Virus record (IMG/VR): IMGVR_UViG_3300047551_002158
Reading direction: 5' to 3' (one strand)
Length of the DNA: 64,000 nucleotides
Origin: a virus
Taxonomy: Duplodnaviria; Caudoviricetes
Below are positions 53,085 to 63,434 of the stretch, in pieces. The notes below the pieces were generated by a model. That model worked only from the letters and a program-made list of their open reading frames with translations, was not told the DNA's origin and ran no database searches. A program made the position numbers and the translations under genes. Within the stretch, counting starts at the first letter, position 1; the number at the start of each line of letters is the position of its first letter.

Positions 53085-54017
53085 ATGTTAGACCTAAATC
53101 ATCTTACTTTACCAACAACTGGAAGAACTGATTACTTTTATGGTAAGTCATCAACTCTAGGTGGAACTTGGGAAATCTGGGAGAAACCCAGAGGTATCAA
53201 TATGGTTCACATCACTTGTATTGGTGATGGTGGTGGAGGTGGAGGTGGAGCATCAAACAACTCAACTACTGCTAGAGGTGGTGGTGCTGGTGGAAGTTCT
53301 GGAGGATTTACTTCTCTTTCAATTCCTGCAATATTTCTTCCTGATGTTCTTTATGTCTCAGTTGGTTCTGGTGGAAGAGGTGGTGCTCCAGGAAACCCAG
53401 CATCACTTGGAACTGCTGGCGTTGGTTCTTATGTTACGATTGCACCTTATACCGCATTAACTGGTATCTATACTGTTTGTTATGCAAATGGTGGAACTGT
53501 TTCTGCAGTTCAAGCAAGTAGCACTGCAACTTCTACTGCTCCTGGTGCCGTTGCTGCTGCGACAATTGCGAATATGTTAATTGCTGGACTTGGAAACTTT
53601 TCTGCTCTTGCTGGACAAGTTGGTGGTGCTGGTGGTGCGTTTAATAATGGTGTTGGTGGCGTAGTCAATTATCCAACGACAGGACTTTTACTTTGTGGTG
53701 GTGGAGGTGGTGGAGGAGGTTCTTCTGCTGGGAGTGGTAATACTGTACCTACTCAAGCAACTTATGTTTATTTTACGGCAATAGCAGGAGGAGCGGCAGG
53801 AAACCCAGCACTTGATGGTAGAAGTGGATATCAAATTCAACAACCATTATTATCTTTAGGTGGTACTGGCGGTGGTGCTGGATCTAACAATAATGCTGTT
53901 GCTGGAAATGGAAGACCTGGAGCAATTGGATGTGGTGGTGGAGGAGGTGGTGGTGGTGCTACTGGAGGAACTGGTGGTGATGGTGGACCTGGATTGGTAA
54001 TTATTCAGTCTTGGTGA
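53085..54017 (+). CDS. glycine-rich fibre/adhesin-like protein, paralog 3
   Basis: Same architecture as paralogs 1 and 2; ends GLVIIQSW. Confidence 0.75.
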   Translation: MLDLNHLTLPTTGRTDYFYGKSSTLGGTWEIWEKPRGINMVHITCIGDGGGGGGGASNNSTTARGGGAGGSSGGFTSLSIPAIFLPDVLYVSVGSGGRGGAPGNPASLGTAGVGSYVTIAPYTALTGIYTVCYANGGTVSAVQASSTATSTAPGAVAAATIANMLIAGLGNFSALAGQVGGAGGAFNNGVGGVVNYPTTGLLLCGGGGGGGGSSAGSGNTVPTQATYVYFTAIAGGAAGNPALDGRSGYQIQQPLLSLGGTGGGAGSNNNAVAGNGRPGAIGCGGGGGGGGATGGTGGDGGPGLVIIQSW

Positions 54018-54071
54018 TTTTGACTTTATTGTAATCATCAAGTAAAATAAATATTAGAAAAATCCATAAGA

Positions 54072-55730
54072 ATGAATAGATATTCAAAGATTTTACATCA
54101 TATTGGTTCTAACAAAACTAAAACTCCCAAAAGTTCTTCAGGTAAGAAAAGAACTTTTGAGGAGTATGAAGCAGAGCAGAAAAAAACTGATGTTGATAGA
54201 TTAAAAGAACAAACACAAGAACTCACTGAGAACATCGAGTTCCTACAAAATCTTGTCGTCAATCAGCACGATGAGGTTTATGAACTTCGTCAGCAACTGA
54301 AGAATACTCCAATTCCTCAACCAAAAAAGCAACTAACTGAAGGTTTATTGAATGAACCTCCAAGTATGAAGAACAGTGACCCACTCACGCCACTGGATCA
54401 AAAGTATGTAACTTTTCAACAGTTAAGTGATCACTATCGTCTCTTTACTAATCGTGTGCTGGAGCAAATGGCAACGGTTGGTGGTGGTGGTGAAACGCAA
54501 TTTAAGTTTCTTGATGATGTTAGAAACTTTATTTTTGTTGGAACAAAGAATGATTTACCTCCAGCAGTGAATGGAGTAATCACTCTTAAAGATAACTATA
54601 CTTATTTCTTTACTACTACTGTTGATCTGGAGGGAGACTGTTTAGTTGCTGGGGATAATACTACAATTCTTGGTGGTTCATCCGAGAACTGTAGAATTAA
54701 ATCCACAGGTATCAGTACAACTACCGCACTCTTAAGTAGTGCTTATTCTCTTCCACTTCGCAATATTACTCTTGAAGCACCATTTGCGATTAATCTTGTA
54801 GCATCAAATCCTGCTGTACACGCACTGGATTGGTTCGGTGTAAACTTTACTAATTGTGCAAGGGTTGGAATTATTTCAAGTTACAATAACTTTATTATGC
54901 TTGATGGTGCTTTCATCGGTGCTCAAGATTTAACCTTTGATGGAACAACGGGTACTGTTGGATTTAACCAGTGTTTATTCACAGGACAATTTCCTCCAGG
55001 CAATCCTTCTGGTAAATCTATTTTGAAGTTCCCAAGTACTTTTAATTGTACCAGAAGAATTCGTGTTACTGTTTGTTCGTTTATTGTTCCTCCAGGTTAT
55101 ACAGGAATTACTGTCCAGGATGGAGCTGTATTTTCACAATCAGAAAGTTTTATTCTACAAACCTGTAACTTCTCTGGACCAGGAACTAAAGTTGGCGTAA
55201 GCACTCATACGGATATTAATGGTAGAGATACCTTTTTTGAAGGAAATCGTGGTATTGATAATACATATCCTTCTGGACAATATTATATGTCTAATAATTC
55301 CACAGTAACATCTGTGGGAGGAACTGATGTTTGGACAAAAGTTGCTGGAATAACAACTACTGATGGTTCTATTAATTCCAAATTCACAGCAACTGATAAC
55401 AGACTGACTTATGATGTTGCAATTGATAGAAGATTTTTATCTCAAGCAACTGTTACCTTCACTCAAGATGCTCCTGCTTCAGGTCCATTTGTTGACTTTG
55501 ATGTAGAAGTGGGAATTCTTGATTATGATGTAGCAGCAGGAATAGGTACAGTTCTTAAGTCATCGAGAACTTTAGTTAAGAATACTACCTATGGACAATA
55601 TTATACTCTTCATTTAACTGATATTCATAACCACAAACAAAATGATTATGTTGAGATTTATATTCGTAATAAGAACACTGATACTGGTATCTTAGTTACT
55701 GATATGAGTATGCTTGTAACTTCTATCTAA
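54072..55730 (+). CDS. putative virion structural protein
   Basis: N-terminal coiled coil, GGGGET linker, long beta-rich C-terminal region. Confidence 0.65.
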   Translation: MNRYSKILHHIGSNKTKTPKSSSGKKRTFEEYEAEQKKTDVDRLKEQTQELTENIEFLQNLVVNQHDEVYELRQQLKNTPIPQPKKQLTEGLLNEPPSMKNSDPLTPLDQKYVTFQQLSDHYRLFTNRVLEQMATVGGGGETQFKFLDDVRNFIFVGTKNDLPPAVNGVITLKDNYTYFFTTTVDLEGDCLVAGDNTTILGGSSENCRIKSTGISTTTALLSSAYSLPLRNITLEAPFAINLVASNPAVHALDWFGVNFTNCARVGIISSYNNFIMLDGAFIGAQDLTFDGTTGTVGFNQCLFTGQFPPGNPSGKSILKFPSTFNCTRRIRVTVCSFIVPPGYTGITVQDGAVFSQSESFILQTCNFSGPGTKVGVSTHTDINGRDTFFEGNRGIDNTYPSGQYYMSNNSTVTSVGGTDVWTKVAGITTTDGSINSKFTATDNRLTYDVAIDRRFLSQATVTFTQDAPASGPFVDFDVEVGILDYDVAAGIGTVLKSSRTLVKNTTYGQYYTLHLTDIHNHKQNDYVEIYIRNKNTDTGILVTDMSMLVTSI

Positions 55731-55771
55731 TTGATATAGAATAAATACCATTAAGAAAACATAATGTCTTT

Positions 55772-56746
55772 ATGAACTTCGTTAAACTTGCTTTGGAGAA
55801 TGGTGGTAGCATTAAACCATTACTTATACATCCTGAAGATTTGTCTGGACCATCCCTTACAAATCCATCAGTTCTTGTAATTAATGATAAGATTTTAGTT
55901 AATATTAGAAACGTCAATTATACTCTTTATCATTCAGAGCTCAACAAATTTGAGCATATGTGGGGTCCTCTTTCATACATTCATCCAGAGAATGATATGC
56001 ACTTGAGGACTGTAAATTATATTGCAGAGTTGGACGATAATTTAGATGTTGTTCATTATGCAAAGATTGATACTTCTCAATTTGATACATATCCTCCTCA
56101 ATGGGAATTTGTTGGACTTGAGGATGTCCGTCTCATTCAATGGGAAGGTAAGATTTATGGAATTGGTGTAAGAAGAGATTTGGATACAATTGGAACTGGA
56201 AGAATGGAACTTTCAGAATTTGACTTCACTGATACTGAAGTTAAAGAAGTTTCAAGATATCGTATTCCAGGACCTCCTCCTGATAATGAGTACTGTATGA
56301 AAAACTGTACTCCAATTGAAGGCAAATCATTTCATCTATTGAAGTGGACAAATCCTACTGCACTGATGAAGTTTGATCCAAATGGAGGGGAAACAGAAGT
56401 TTTTGAGACCACGGAATATAATTCAAAACTTAAAGATATGAGAGGTGGTTCTCAAGTTATTAAATATGATGGTGGATATTTAACACTCATTCACGAAACA
56501 GAATTGTATAACAGTGAGCAAGGAAGAAAGAATGCAACATATCGTCATCGGTTTATTGTTTGGGATAAAGATTTTAAAAATCAAAAAGTTTCTCCTTTGT
56601 TCTCATTTATGAATATGAAAATTGAGTTTTCTTGTGGTCTTGCACAATACAAAGATGATTTACTGATTACCTTTGGAGCACAAGATAACGCTGCTTATAT
56701 TCTCAAAATTTCTAAATCTTTTGTGGAGGATTTTATCAATGAATAA
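55772..56746 (+). CDS. beta-propeller glycosidase/glycoside-phosphorylase-like protein
   Basis: TNPSV, GLEDVRL, MKNCTP, RGGSQ, FGAQD motifs. Confidence 0.65.
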   Translation: MNFVKLALENGGSIKPLLIHPEDLSGPSLTNPSVLVINDKILVNIRNVNYTLYHSELNKFEHMWGPLSYIHPENDMHLRTVNYIAELDDNLDVVHYAKIDTSQFDTYPPQWEFVGLEDVRLIQWEGKIYGIGVRRDLDTIGTGRMELSEFDFTDTEVKEVSRYRIPGPPPDNEYCMKNCTPIEGKSFHLLKWTNPTALMKFDPNGGETEVFETTEYNSKLKDMRGGSQVIKYDGGYLTLIHETELYNSEQGRKNATYRHRFIVWDKDFKNQKVSPLFSFMNMKIEFSCGLAQYKDDLLITFGAQDNAAYILKISKSFVEDFINE

Positions 56747-58787
56747 GTTAGAAGGTCTTCCAAGAATTCATTATATTAGTTTAGAGGAAAGTATAGAAAG
56801 AAGAACTAATTTAGAAAATTGGTTTAAAAAATACAACATTATGGATTATGTTCCTCATCTATTCAAAAGATTTGAAGAATATGATTATAAACTTGTTGGA
56901 CCTTATGTTAATTCTTTAGCACCACATTCTAAAGGACCAATTACTTCCCATTTTACTTTACTGAAACATTGGTATGAAACCACAGATGAATCTTATACTC
57001 TTATTGTTGAGGATGATTTATCTTTAGCACCTGTCGATTATTGGAATTTTACTTGGAAAGATTTTTTTGAAAGTCTTCCAGAAGATTGGAATTGTGTACA
57101 ATTAGTTCTTGTGAGGGAACACTTATGTGAAAATTATTCTTTTGAAAAAAGAAGAGAAAGAGATTGGTGTGCAGCAGCCTTTTTAATTAAGAGGGAATAT
57201 GTCAAACTTCTTTTAGACTCTTATTATTTTGATGATTATTTTAACTTAGATATCAAAGGTCTTGAATACCCACCAGTTATTGAACATCTTTTGTTTACAA
57301 ATAAACCAGGTGTTTACTGTTTTCCTCTTTTTGCGGAGGATTGTTATAATACTCAGTCGAGTTTACTGCCAGAAAATGCTCACGCAGAATTAATAAATGG
57401 TCAGGGACCAATGCATCATTTTTCATATGACTGTGTGATGAATTGGTGGAAAACTAAAGGAAAGTCTTTGAATATTAATCAAATATTTGAAGAAGATTTG
57501 CCTTTTAATTATAAAAATTTAAAGAAAAAATATAATTTAAACATCAACGGAATCATACACGTTGGTGCTCATTATGGAGAAGAAGTCTCCGATTACATTG
57601 AAAGTGGGGTACAGGATATAATTTTATTTGAACCATTGCAAGATAATTTCAATGTTCTTTCGAATAGAATGAAAAATTTAAATGCAAATATTTTATTGCA
57701 TAATGTTGCATTGGGATCTATTCTTCAAAAATCTATAATGTATGTAAGTGATAATGAAGCACAAAGTAGTTCTATTTTAGTACCAAATGTTCATTTAACT
57801 CATCATCCAAATGTAAACTTTCCGGATATTGAAGAAGTTTCTGTAGATGTTTTAGATAATTTTGATTGTGGCAATTCCAATTATCTTCATATGGATGTTC
57901 AAGGATATGAACTGGAAGTGTTAAAAGGTGCAACAGAAACTCTAAAGCACATTGATTATGTTTTATGCGAAGTAAATCGGGATGAACTTTATGAAGGAAA
58001 TGCGTATGTTGAAGAAATAGATGAATTTCTAAAACAATATGGTATGGAGAGAGTTGAAACCTATTGGATGGGGGATATTTGGGGAGATGCTTTGTATATA
58101 AAAAAGAATGCATATGATGTCTCCAAAACTTGTCAAATTCAAAATTTAAGTTCAATCTATCAAAAATATTTTGGATATCCATATAACGGATTTTTTATTG
58201 AGGTTGGTGCTTATGATGGAGAAAGTTTTTCAAATACTTCGTGCCTTGCCGATTGTGGGTGGAAAGGAATTTATGTAGAGCCAATATCTAAATTTTATTC
58301 TCAATGTTTAGAGAGGCACAAAAATAATGATGTTTTAGTTGTTCAATGTTCGATTGGTAGCGAAGAAAAAGAATCTGATATTTATGTGTGTGAAGGACTT
58401 ACTACATCAAATGAAAAATTGGTGGAAATGTATTCTGAAATAGACTGGTCTAAAGATTATGTTTTTTATAAAGACAAATGTAATCAGATAAGATTAGAAA
58501 CTCTTCTTCAAAATCAACAAGTAAATCCAGAATTTGATTTACTTGTTGTTGATGTTGAAGGCAATGAAGAAAGTGTTTTCAATTCTTTTGATTTGGAATA
58601 CTGGTCTCCAAAAATGTTGATAGTTGAATTGATTGATGAGCATCATTCCTTTCAAAAATATTCTGATCACATTGAAAGTAATAAAAATTTGAGAAGTAAA
58701 ATATTGAGTTATAATTATATTGAAGTTTACAAAGATGAGATTAATACTATCTTTGTAAAAAAAGATCTATATAATAAAAATAATTAG
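56739..58787 (+). CDS. GT25-like glycosyltransferase fused to two FkbM methyltransferase domains
   Basis: YISLEE..ERR and IVEDD; IHVGAHYG...DVQGYE; IEVGAYDG...DVEGNE. Confidence 0.8.
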   Translation: MNKLEGLPRIHYISLEESIERRTNLENWFKKYNIMDYVPHLFKRFEEYDYKLVGPYVNSLAPHSKGPITSHFTLLKHWYETTDESYTLIVEDDLSLAPVDYWNFTWKDFFESLPEDWNCVQLVLVREHLCENYSFEKRRERDWCAAAFLIKREYVKLLLDSYYFDDYFNLDIKGLEYPPVIEHLLFTNKPGVYCFPLFAEDCYNTQSSLLPENAHAELINGQGPMHHFSYDCVMNWWKTKGKSLNINQIFEEDLPFNYKNLKKKYNLNINGIIHVGAHYGEEVSDYIESGVQDIILFEPLQDNFNVLSNRMKNLNANILLHNVALGSILQKSIMYVSDNEAQSSSILVPNVHLTHHPNVNFPDIEEVSVDVLDNFDCGNSNYLHMDVQGYELEVLKGATETLKHIDYVLCEVNRDELYEGNAYVEEIDEFLKQYGMERVETYWMGDIWGDALYIKKNAYDVSKTCQIQNLSSIYQKYFGYPYNGFFIEVGAYDGESFSNTSCLADCGWKGIYVEPISKFYSQCLERHKNNDVLVVQCSIGSEEKESDIYVCEGLTTSNEKLVEMYSEIDWSKDYVFYKDKCNQIRLETLLQNQQVNPEFDLLVVDVEGNEESVFNSFDLEYWSPKMLIVELIDEHHSFQKYSDHIESNKNLRSKILSYNYIEVYKDEINTIFVKKDLYNKNN

Positions 58788-58792
58788 ATGCG

Positions 58793-59587
58793 ATGATATC
58801 AATGAATTGTATGGGTTCCATCGGCAGATTGGGGAACCAGATGTTTCAATATGCTGCATTAAGGAGCATATCAAAGAAGTTTAATTATGAGTATTGTCTT
58901 CCTGTGGTTAATTTCAAATGTTTTGATGCTCTTGGAAATCCAGAGGATTTAAATTTATTTGAATGTTTCGAACTAAATGATGAAGAAAGAAAAAATACGG
59001 ATTTATATCCTATTAAATTAGAAACCTTTGGATTTGATGATAATGTTTTTTATAAATGTCCAGATAATGTTGATCTGCACGGATATTTTCAAGACGTAAA
59101 ATACTTTGAAAATAATGCAGAAGATATTAGAAAATCTTTTGTCTTTAAAAAGAATCATTCAGATGTTGCTCATCAACAGTTTTATTCATCATTTCCAAAC
59201 CAAGAGGTAATTTCTCTTCATATTAGAAGAGGTGATTATTCTCATCAGTCTCATCATCCAGTTCAATCACTTGAATATTATGCGAAGGCATTAAAATTTT
59301 TTAATAAAGATTTAAAGGTATTAATATTCAGTGATGATGTTGATTGGGCAGAAAGGCAAGAAATTTTTCAATCGGAAAGATTTTTGTTTTCAAGAAATAA
59401 TAACTCTGCAGTTGATCTTTGTATGCAAACTTTTTGCAAGTATCATATTATTGCAAATAGCACTTTTAGTTGGTGGGGTGCTTGGTTGGCCAATAGTAAA
59501 AAAGTAGTAAAACCAAAATTATGGTTTGGTCCACCATTAGATAACTATAAAAATTTTTTAGATGTAAAGGGTTGGATAGCATTATAA
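58793..59587 (+). CDS. GT11 alpha-1,2-fucosyltransferase-like
   Basis: GRLGNQMFQYA, HIRRGDY, IANSTFSWWGAWL. Confidence 0.88.
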   Translation: MISMNCMGSIGRLGNQMFQYAALRSISKKFNYEYCLPVVNFKCFDALGNPEDLNLFECFELNDEERKNTDLYPIKLETFGFDDNVFYKCPDNVDLHGYFQDVKYFENNAEDIRKSFVFKKNHSDVAHQQFYSSFPNQEVISLHIRRGDYSHQSHHPVQSLEYYAKALKFFNKDLKVLIFSDDVDWAERQEIFQSERFLFSRNNNSAVDLCMQTFCKYHIIANSTFSWWGAWLANSKKVVKPKLWFGPPLDNYKNFLDVKGWIAL

Positions 59588-59623
59588 TAATTTAAATACA
59601 TACTACAAAGGATGAAATGACTT

Positions 59624-60868
59624 ATGAATGAACTGAATGAATTTAGTTTAGATACTGAAAACGGAGAAAAGAATTATAATCTCGCAGTTTGGTATGAAAA
59701 TCAAGGACATACTGCACCAGCACATACTTATTACTTAAGAGCAGCAGAGAGAACAGAAGATAATCTCCTTTCTTATCGAGCATTAATTCGTGCTTCTTTT
59801 TGTTATAAGTCCCAAGGTTCAAGAGATGGGACTGAAAAGGTTCTTCTTGAAAATGCATTGATGCTTATTCCAGAAAGACCAGAAGCTTATTATTTTCTTT
59901 CTCTCCTCTACGAAAAGAAAAGTGAGTGGCAAAATTCTTACATTTATGCAACGATAGGACTTCATTGTTACAAACAAAATGTTGAAGTCATTGATCTACC
60001 GGAGTATCAAGGAAAGCATTTACTGATCTTTCAAAAAGCAATTTCTGCTTGGTGGTGGGGTAAAAGTCAAGAAAGTAGAGGTTTATTTCAATTACTTGCA
60101 ACTGATTATTGGAATGTTTTGGATAAAAAGCATCAGCAATCTGTTGAAGATAACATTAGCCGTTTAGGATTAACATCACAATCGCAGGGAGAAATTGTCT
60201 ATACGAAAGAAAGTCACAACTCCTTGAGATTTAAGTTTGATGGGTCTGAGAAGATTGAAAGAAGTTACTCTCAAATTCTTCAAGATATTTTTATTCTTTC
60301 TGTTCTGAATGGAAAGAAAGAAGGTAAGTTCTTAGAAGTTGGTGGAGCAAGACCTTTTGAGAGAAACAATACTGCTTTGTTAGAACAATCTTTTGGTTGG
60401 ACTGGAGTTTCAATCGAACTCAATCCAGATTTTGCAAATGAATATATCAATGCAAGAAAGAATACAAAAGTTTTTTGCACCGATGCATTAAATGTTGATT
60501 ATAATAAGATATTGAATGAAGAATTTGATACTCAGGTTATTGATTATCTTCAGTTAGATATTGAACCAGCAAAGAATACTTTTGAAGTTCTATTATCCAT
60601 ACCTTTTGAGAAGTATAAGTTTGCAGTCATAACTTATGAACACGATTATTATGTTGACATAAGTAAGTCATATCGTGACAAGTCAAGACGATATTTGCAA
60701 GTAATGGGTTATGAACTTCTGGTAAGTGACTTATCTCCAGATGGTGTAAGTAATTTTGAGGATTGGTGGGTTCATCCGGATCTTATTGACGAACAAATTA
60801 AAAATACTATGAGAGACGCATCCTCTAAGATTAAAAATGTAAAAGATTATATGTTTACTAACAAATGA
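59624..60868 (+). CDS. TPR-repeat protein fused to an FkbM-like methyltransferase domain
   Basis: Helical N-terminus with PERPEAYY; SQILQD, FLEVGG, DYLQLDIE, FEDWWV. Confidence 0.75.
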   Translation: MNELNEFSLDTENGEKNYNLAVWYENQGHTAPAHTYYLRAAERTEDNLLSYRALIRASFCYKSQGSRDGTEKVLLENALMLIPERPEAYYFLSLLYEKKSEWQNSYIYATIGLHCYKQNVEVIDLPEYQGKHLLIFQKAISAWWWGKSQESRGLFQLLATDYWNVLDKKHQQSVEDNISRLGLTSQSQGEIVYTKESHNSLRFKFDGSEKIERSYSQILQDIFILSVLNGKKEGKFLEVGGARPFERNNTALLEQSFGWTGVSIELNPDFANEYINARKNTKVFCTDALNVDYNKILNEEFDTQVIDYLQLDIEPAKNTFEVLLSIPFEKYKFAVITYEHDYYVDISKSYRDKSRRYLQVMGYELLVSDLSPDGVSNFEDWWVHPDLIDEQIKNTMRDASSKIKNVKDYMFTNK

Positions 60869-61557
60869 GTACTTTTAGTTTTTCTACTATGAATGATAGT
60901 GGATACACCAAACAAACTGACTTGGGATATAACCAAGTGTATGTAAAGAATAAATCTGAAAATACTTTTAATGTCAATAGAAACTCTAAATCAACATCTT
61001 GGATTGTAGATAGTTTTTATGAAGATCCAGATGCTGTAAGAGAGTTTGCATTGCAGCAAGACTATCTTGAAGGTGGAATTGGTAGAGGATTTATTGGAAG
61101 AAGAACTCATCAACAATTTTTATTCCCAGGTCTCAAAGAAAGATTTGAAGAGATTATGGGAAGAAAGATTACGAAATGGGAAGAACACGGAATGAATGGA
61201 CGTTTCCAAATCTCTTGGTCTGGAGAACCATTGGTGTATCATTGTGATAGTCAAAAGTGGGGTGGAATGTTATATCTTACTCCTAATGCACCTTATCAGT
61301 GCGGAACTACTTTATATGCAAATAAAAAGACCAGAGCAAGAACTTATTATGATAAAGGTTGGGACGCTGCTTGGGTAGATGTTCCTGGTGATTGTCACTT
61401 GGATGGAACACCATTTGAACCAGTGGATGTTCTTGGAAATGTCTATAATCGTCTGGTAATTTTTGATGCAAGTGCTATTCATTCTGCATCAGAATATTTT
61501 GGGACAGTCAAAGAGAATGCGAGAATGTGGCAGATGTTTTTCTTTGATACCGACTGA
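60865..61557 (+). CDS. 2OG-Fe(II) oxygenase-like protein
   Basis: VYHCD (HxD), GGMLYLTP, YNRLVIF, IHSA, R..QMFFF. Confidence 0.75.
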   Translation: MSTFSFSTMNDSGYTKQTDLGYNQVYVKNKSENTFNVNRNSKSTSWIVDSFYEDPDAVREFALQQDYLEGGIGRGFIGRRTHQQFLFPGLKERFEEIMGRKITKWEEHGMNGRFQISWSGEPLVYHCDSQKWGGMLYLTPNAPYQCGTTLYANKKTRARTYYDKGWDAAWVDVPGDCHLDGTPFEPVDVLGNVYNRLVIFDASAIHSASEYFGTVKENARMWQMFFFDTD

Positions 61558-61635
61558 GGGGCTTGACAAGCAGGTAAAGAACTGTTATGATAAATACATC
61601 AACGGGTTAAGAAATGTAACGGTTCTTAATCTTTG

Positions 61636-61715
61636 TCCTCTTCCTAACCGAGACCTATGGGGAGGTTAAACACAGTCTCTCATACCCACAGTGGAGGGTG
61701 CTGTGGGGGTATACT
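61636..61715 (+). ncRNA. PhotoRC-II-like RNA motif in the psbA leader
   Basis: GAGAC/GTCTC stem, CATACCC and CACAG/CTGTG stems around GAGGGTG; position upstream of psbA. Family assignment is from memory. Confidence 0.65.
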
Positions 61716-61759
61716 CGTAACGGTTCGTCCCCCCGAACTTTTATCTAACTCTCTTAAAA

Positions 61760-62839
61760 ATGACTGCTACAATTTCACAACAACGACAACTTAATACTTG
61801 GGATCAATTCTGCGACTGGATTACTTCAACCAACAATCGTCTTTATGTTGGTTGGTTTGGAACTCTGATGATTCCTACCCTGCTTGCGGCAACTATTTGC
61901 TTCATCGTTGCCTTCATCGCTGCTCCTCCTGTGGACATCGATGGTATTCGTGAACCAGTTGCTGGTTCTCTGATGTACGGAAACAACATCATCTCTGGTG
62001 CTGTTATTCCTTCTTCTAATGCAATCGGTCTTCACTTCTATCCTATTTGGGAAGCTGCTTCTCTTGATGAGTGGCTATATAATGGTGGTCCTTACCAACT
62101 GGTAGTCTTCCACTTCCTGATTGGTGTCTTCTCTTATATGGGTCGTGAATGGGAACTTAGTTACCGACTGGGTATGCGTCCTTGGATTTGTGTTGCTTAC
62201 TCAGCCCCTGTTGCCGCTGCTACTGCTGTTTTCCTGGTCTACCCCTTCGGACAGGGTTCATTCTCTGATGGTATGCCGCTTGGGATTTCTGGCACTTTTA
62301 ACTACATGCTTGTATTCCAGGCAGAACACAACATTCTTATGCATCCTTTCCACATGCTGGGAGTTGCTGGGGTCTTCGGTGGTTCTCTTTTCTCTGCTAT
62401 GCACGGATCTCTTGTCACCTCTTCTCTTGTCCGTGAGACTACAGAGAATGAGTCACAGAACTATGGATACAAGTTCGGACAAGAAGAAGAAACATACAAC
62501 ATCGTAGCTGCACACGGTTACTTTGGTCGCCTTATTTTCCAATACGCTTCCTTCAATAACTCACGTTCACTGCACTTCTTCCTTGCTGCTTGGCCTGTTG
62601 TAGGCATCTGGTTCACTGCTCTTGGTGTTTCTACGATGGCCTTCAATTTGAATGGATTCAACTTTAATCAATCTATCGTTGACTCTCAGGGTCGTGTGCT
62701 CAATACTTGGGCAGACGTTCTGAACCGTGCTGGACTGGGAATGGAAGTTATGCATGAACGTAATGCTCACAATTTTCCGTTAGACCTGGCTGCTGCCGAG
62801 TCAACCCCTGTTGCTCTGACTGCACCTGCTATCGGTTGA
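61760..62839 (+). CDS. psbA: photosystem II D1 protein
   Basis: Full-length, 359 aa, no intron; Q130; [14 protein letters not shown]-terminus. Confidence 0.99.
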   Translation: MTATISQQRQLNTWDQFCDWITSTNNRLYVGWFGTLMIPTLLAATICFIVAFIAAPPVDIDGIREPVAGSLMYGNNIISGAVIPSSNAIGLHFYPIWEAASLDEWLYNGGPYQLVVFHFLIGVFSYMGREWELSYRLGMRPWICVAYSAPVAAATAVFLVYPFGQGSFSDGMPLGISGTFNYMLVFQAEHNILMHPFHMLGVAGVFGGSLFSAMHGSLVTSSLVRETTENESQNYGYKFGQEEETYNIVAAHGYFGRLIFQYASFNNSRSLHFFLAAWPVVGIWFTALGVSTMAFNLNGFNFNQSIVDSQGRVLNTWADVLNRAGLGMEVMHERNAHNFPLDLAAAESTPVALTAPAIG

Positions 62840-62858
62840 TAAAAACTCAATAGTTTTT

Positions 62859-62888
62859 AAGACCTCCTTCGGGAGGTCTTTTTTTTTA
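62859..62888 (+). terminator. intrinsic terminator
   Basis: AAGACCTCC-TTCG-GGAGGTCTT plus T run. Confidence 0.9.
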
Positions 62889-62927
62889 TGCTATAATGCA
62901 TAAATAATAATGCACGAAGAATGAACA

Positions 62928-63365
62928 ATGCCCAGACCTATACAAACAACAGGGACAAAAATCTGCACCACTTGCGGAATAGAAAAGGATATTAATGATT
63001 TTTATTTTAGGGGTGGGAAGTATTCTCCTAATAGTCGCAAATCAAAATGTAAAGAATGTGACAAAAAAAGACTTGCAGAAAATCACGACCCTATTAAATA
63101 TCGTGAACAACATCTTAAAAGAATGTATGGCATCACTCAACAAGATTATGATATAATGCTCACAGAACAAAATAACCAGTGTGCTATTTGTGAGACAATT
63201 GAGCCTGGTGGTAGGCATACGAGTAATTATTTTGTTGTAGACCACTGCCATACAACTGGTAAAGTAAGAAAACTTTTATGCCATCACTGCAACACTGCAC
63301 TTGGGCTTGTAGGAGACAATATCAGCACTCTTCAAAAAATGATAGAATACTTGCAGACCAGTTGA
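62928..63365 (+). CDS. endonuclease VII-family homing endonuclease (F-CphI-like position)
   Basis: CTTC...CKEC, YGITQQDY, CAIC, VVDHCH, LLCHHCN. Confidence 0.88.
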   Translation: MPRPIQTTGTKICTTCGIEKDINDFYFRGGKYSPNSRKSKCKECDKKRLAENHDPIKYREQHLKRMYGITQQDYDIMLTEQNNQCAICETIEPGGRHTSNYFVVDHCHTTGKVRKLLCHHCNTALGLVGDNISTLQKMIEYLQTS

Positions 63366-63412
63366 GAAACTGTCTACCTTATGAACCACTCCACACAAAT
63401 CTGCTCTATAAT
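63355..63412 (+). promoter_or_regulatory. palindrome-plus-TATAAT promoter, same geometry as the 14.6-17.2 kb cassettes
   Basis: GACCAGTT-GAGA-AACTGTCT; TATAAT starts 39 bp after the start of the right half-site. Confidence 0.65.
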
Positions 63413-63434
63413 GTTCTTGTAATCAATCAACGTT

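Noticed and set aside
51148-54017. Diversity-generating retroelement acting on the adhesin paralogs
   Set aside because: No reverse transcriptase in the window; differences between copies include indels and all base types, not adenine-specific changes.
61760-62839. Intron in psbA, or intein in NrdA/primase
   Set aside because: All have normal lengths and continuous conserved motifs.
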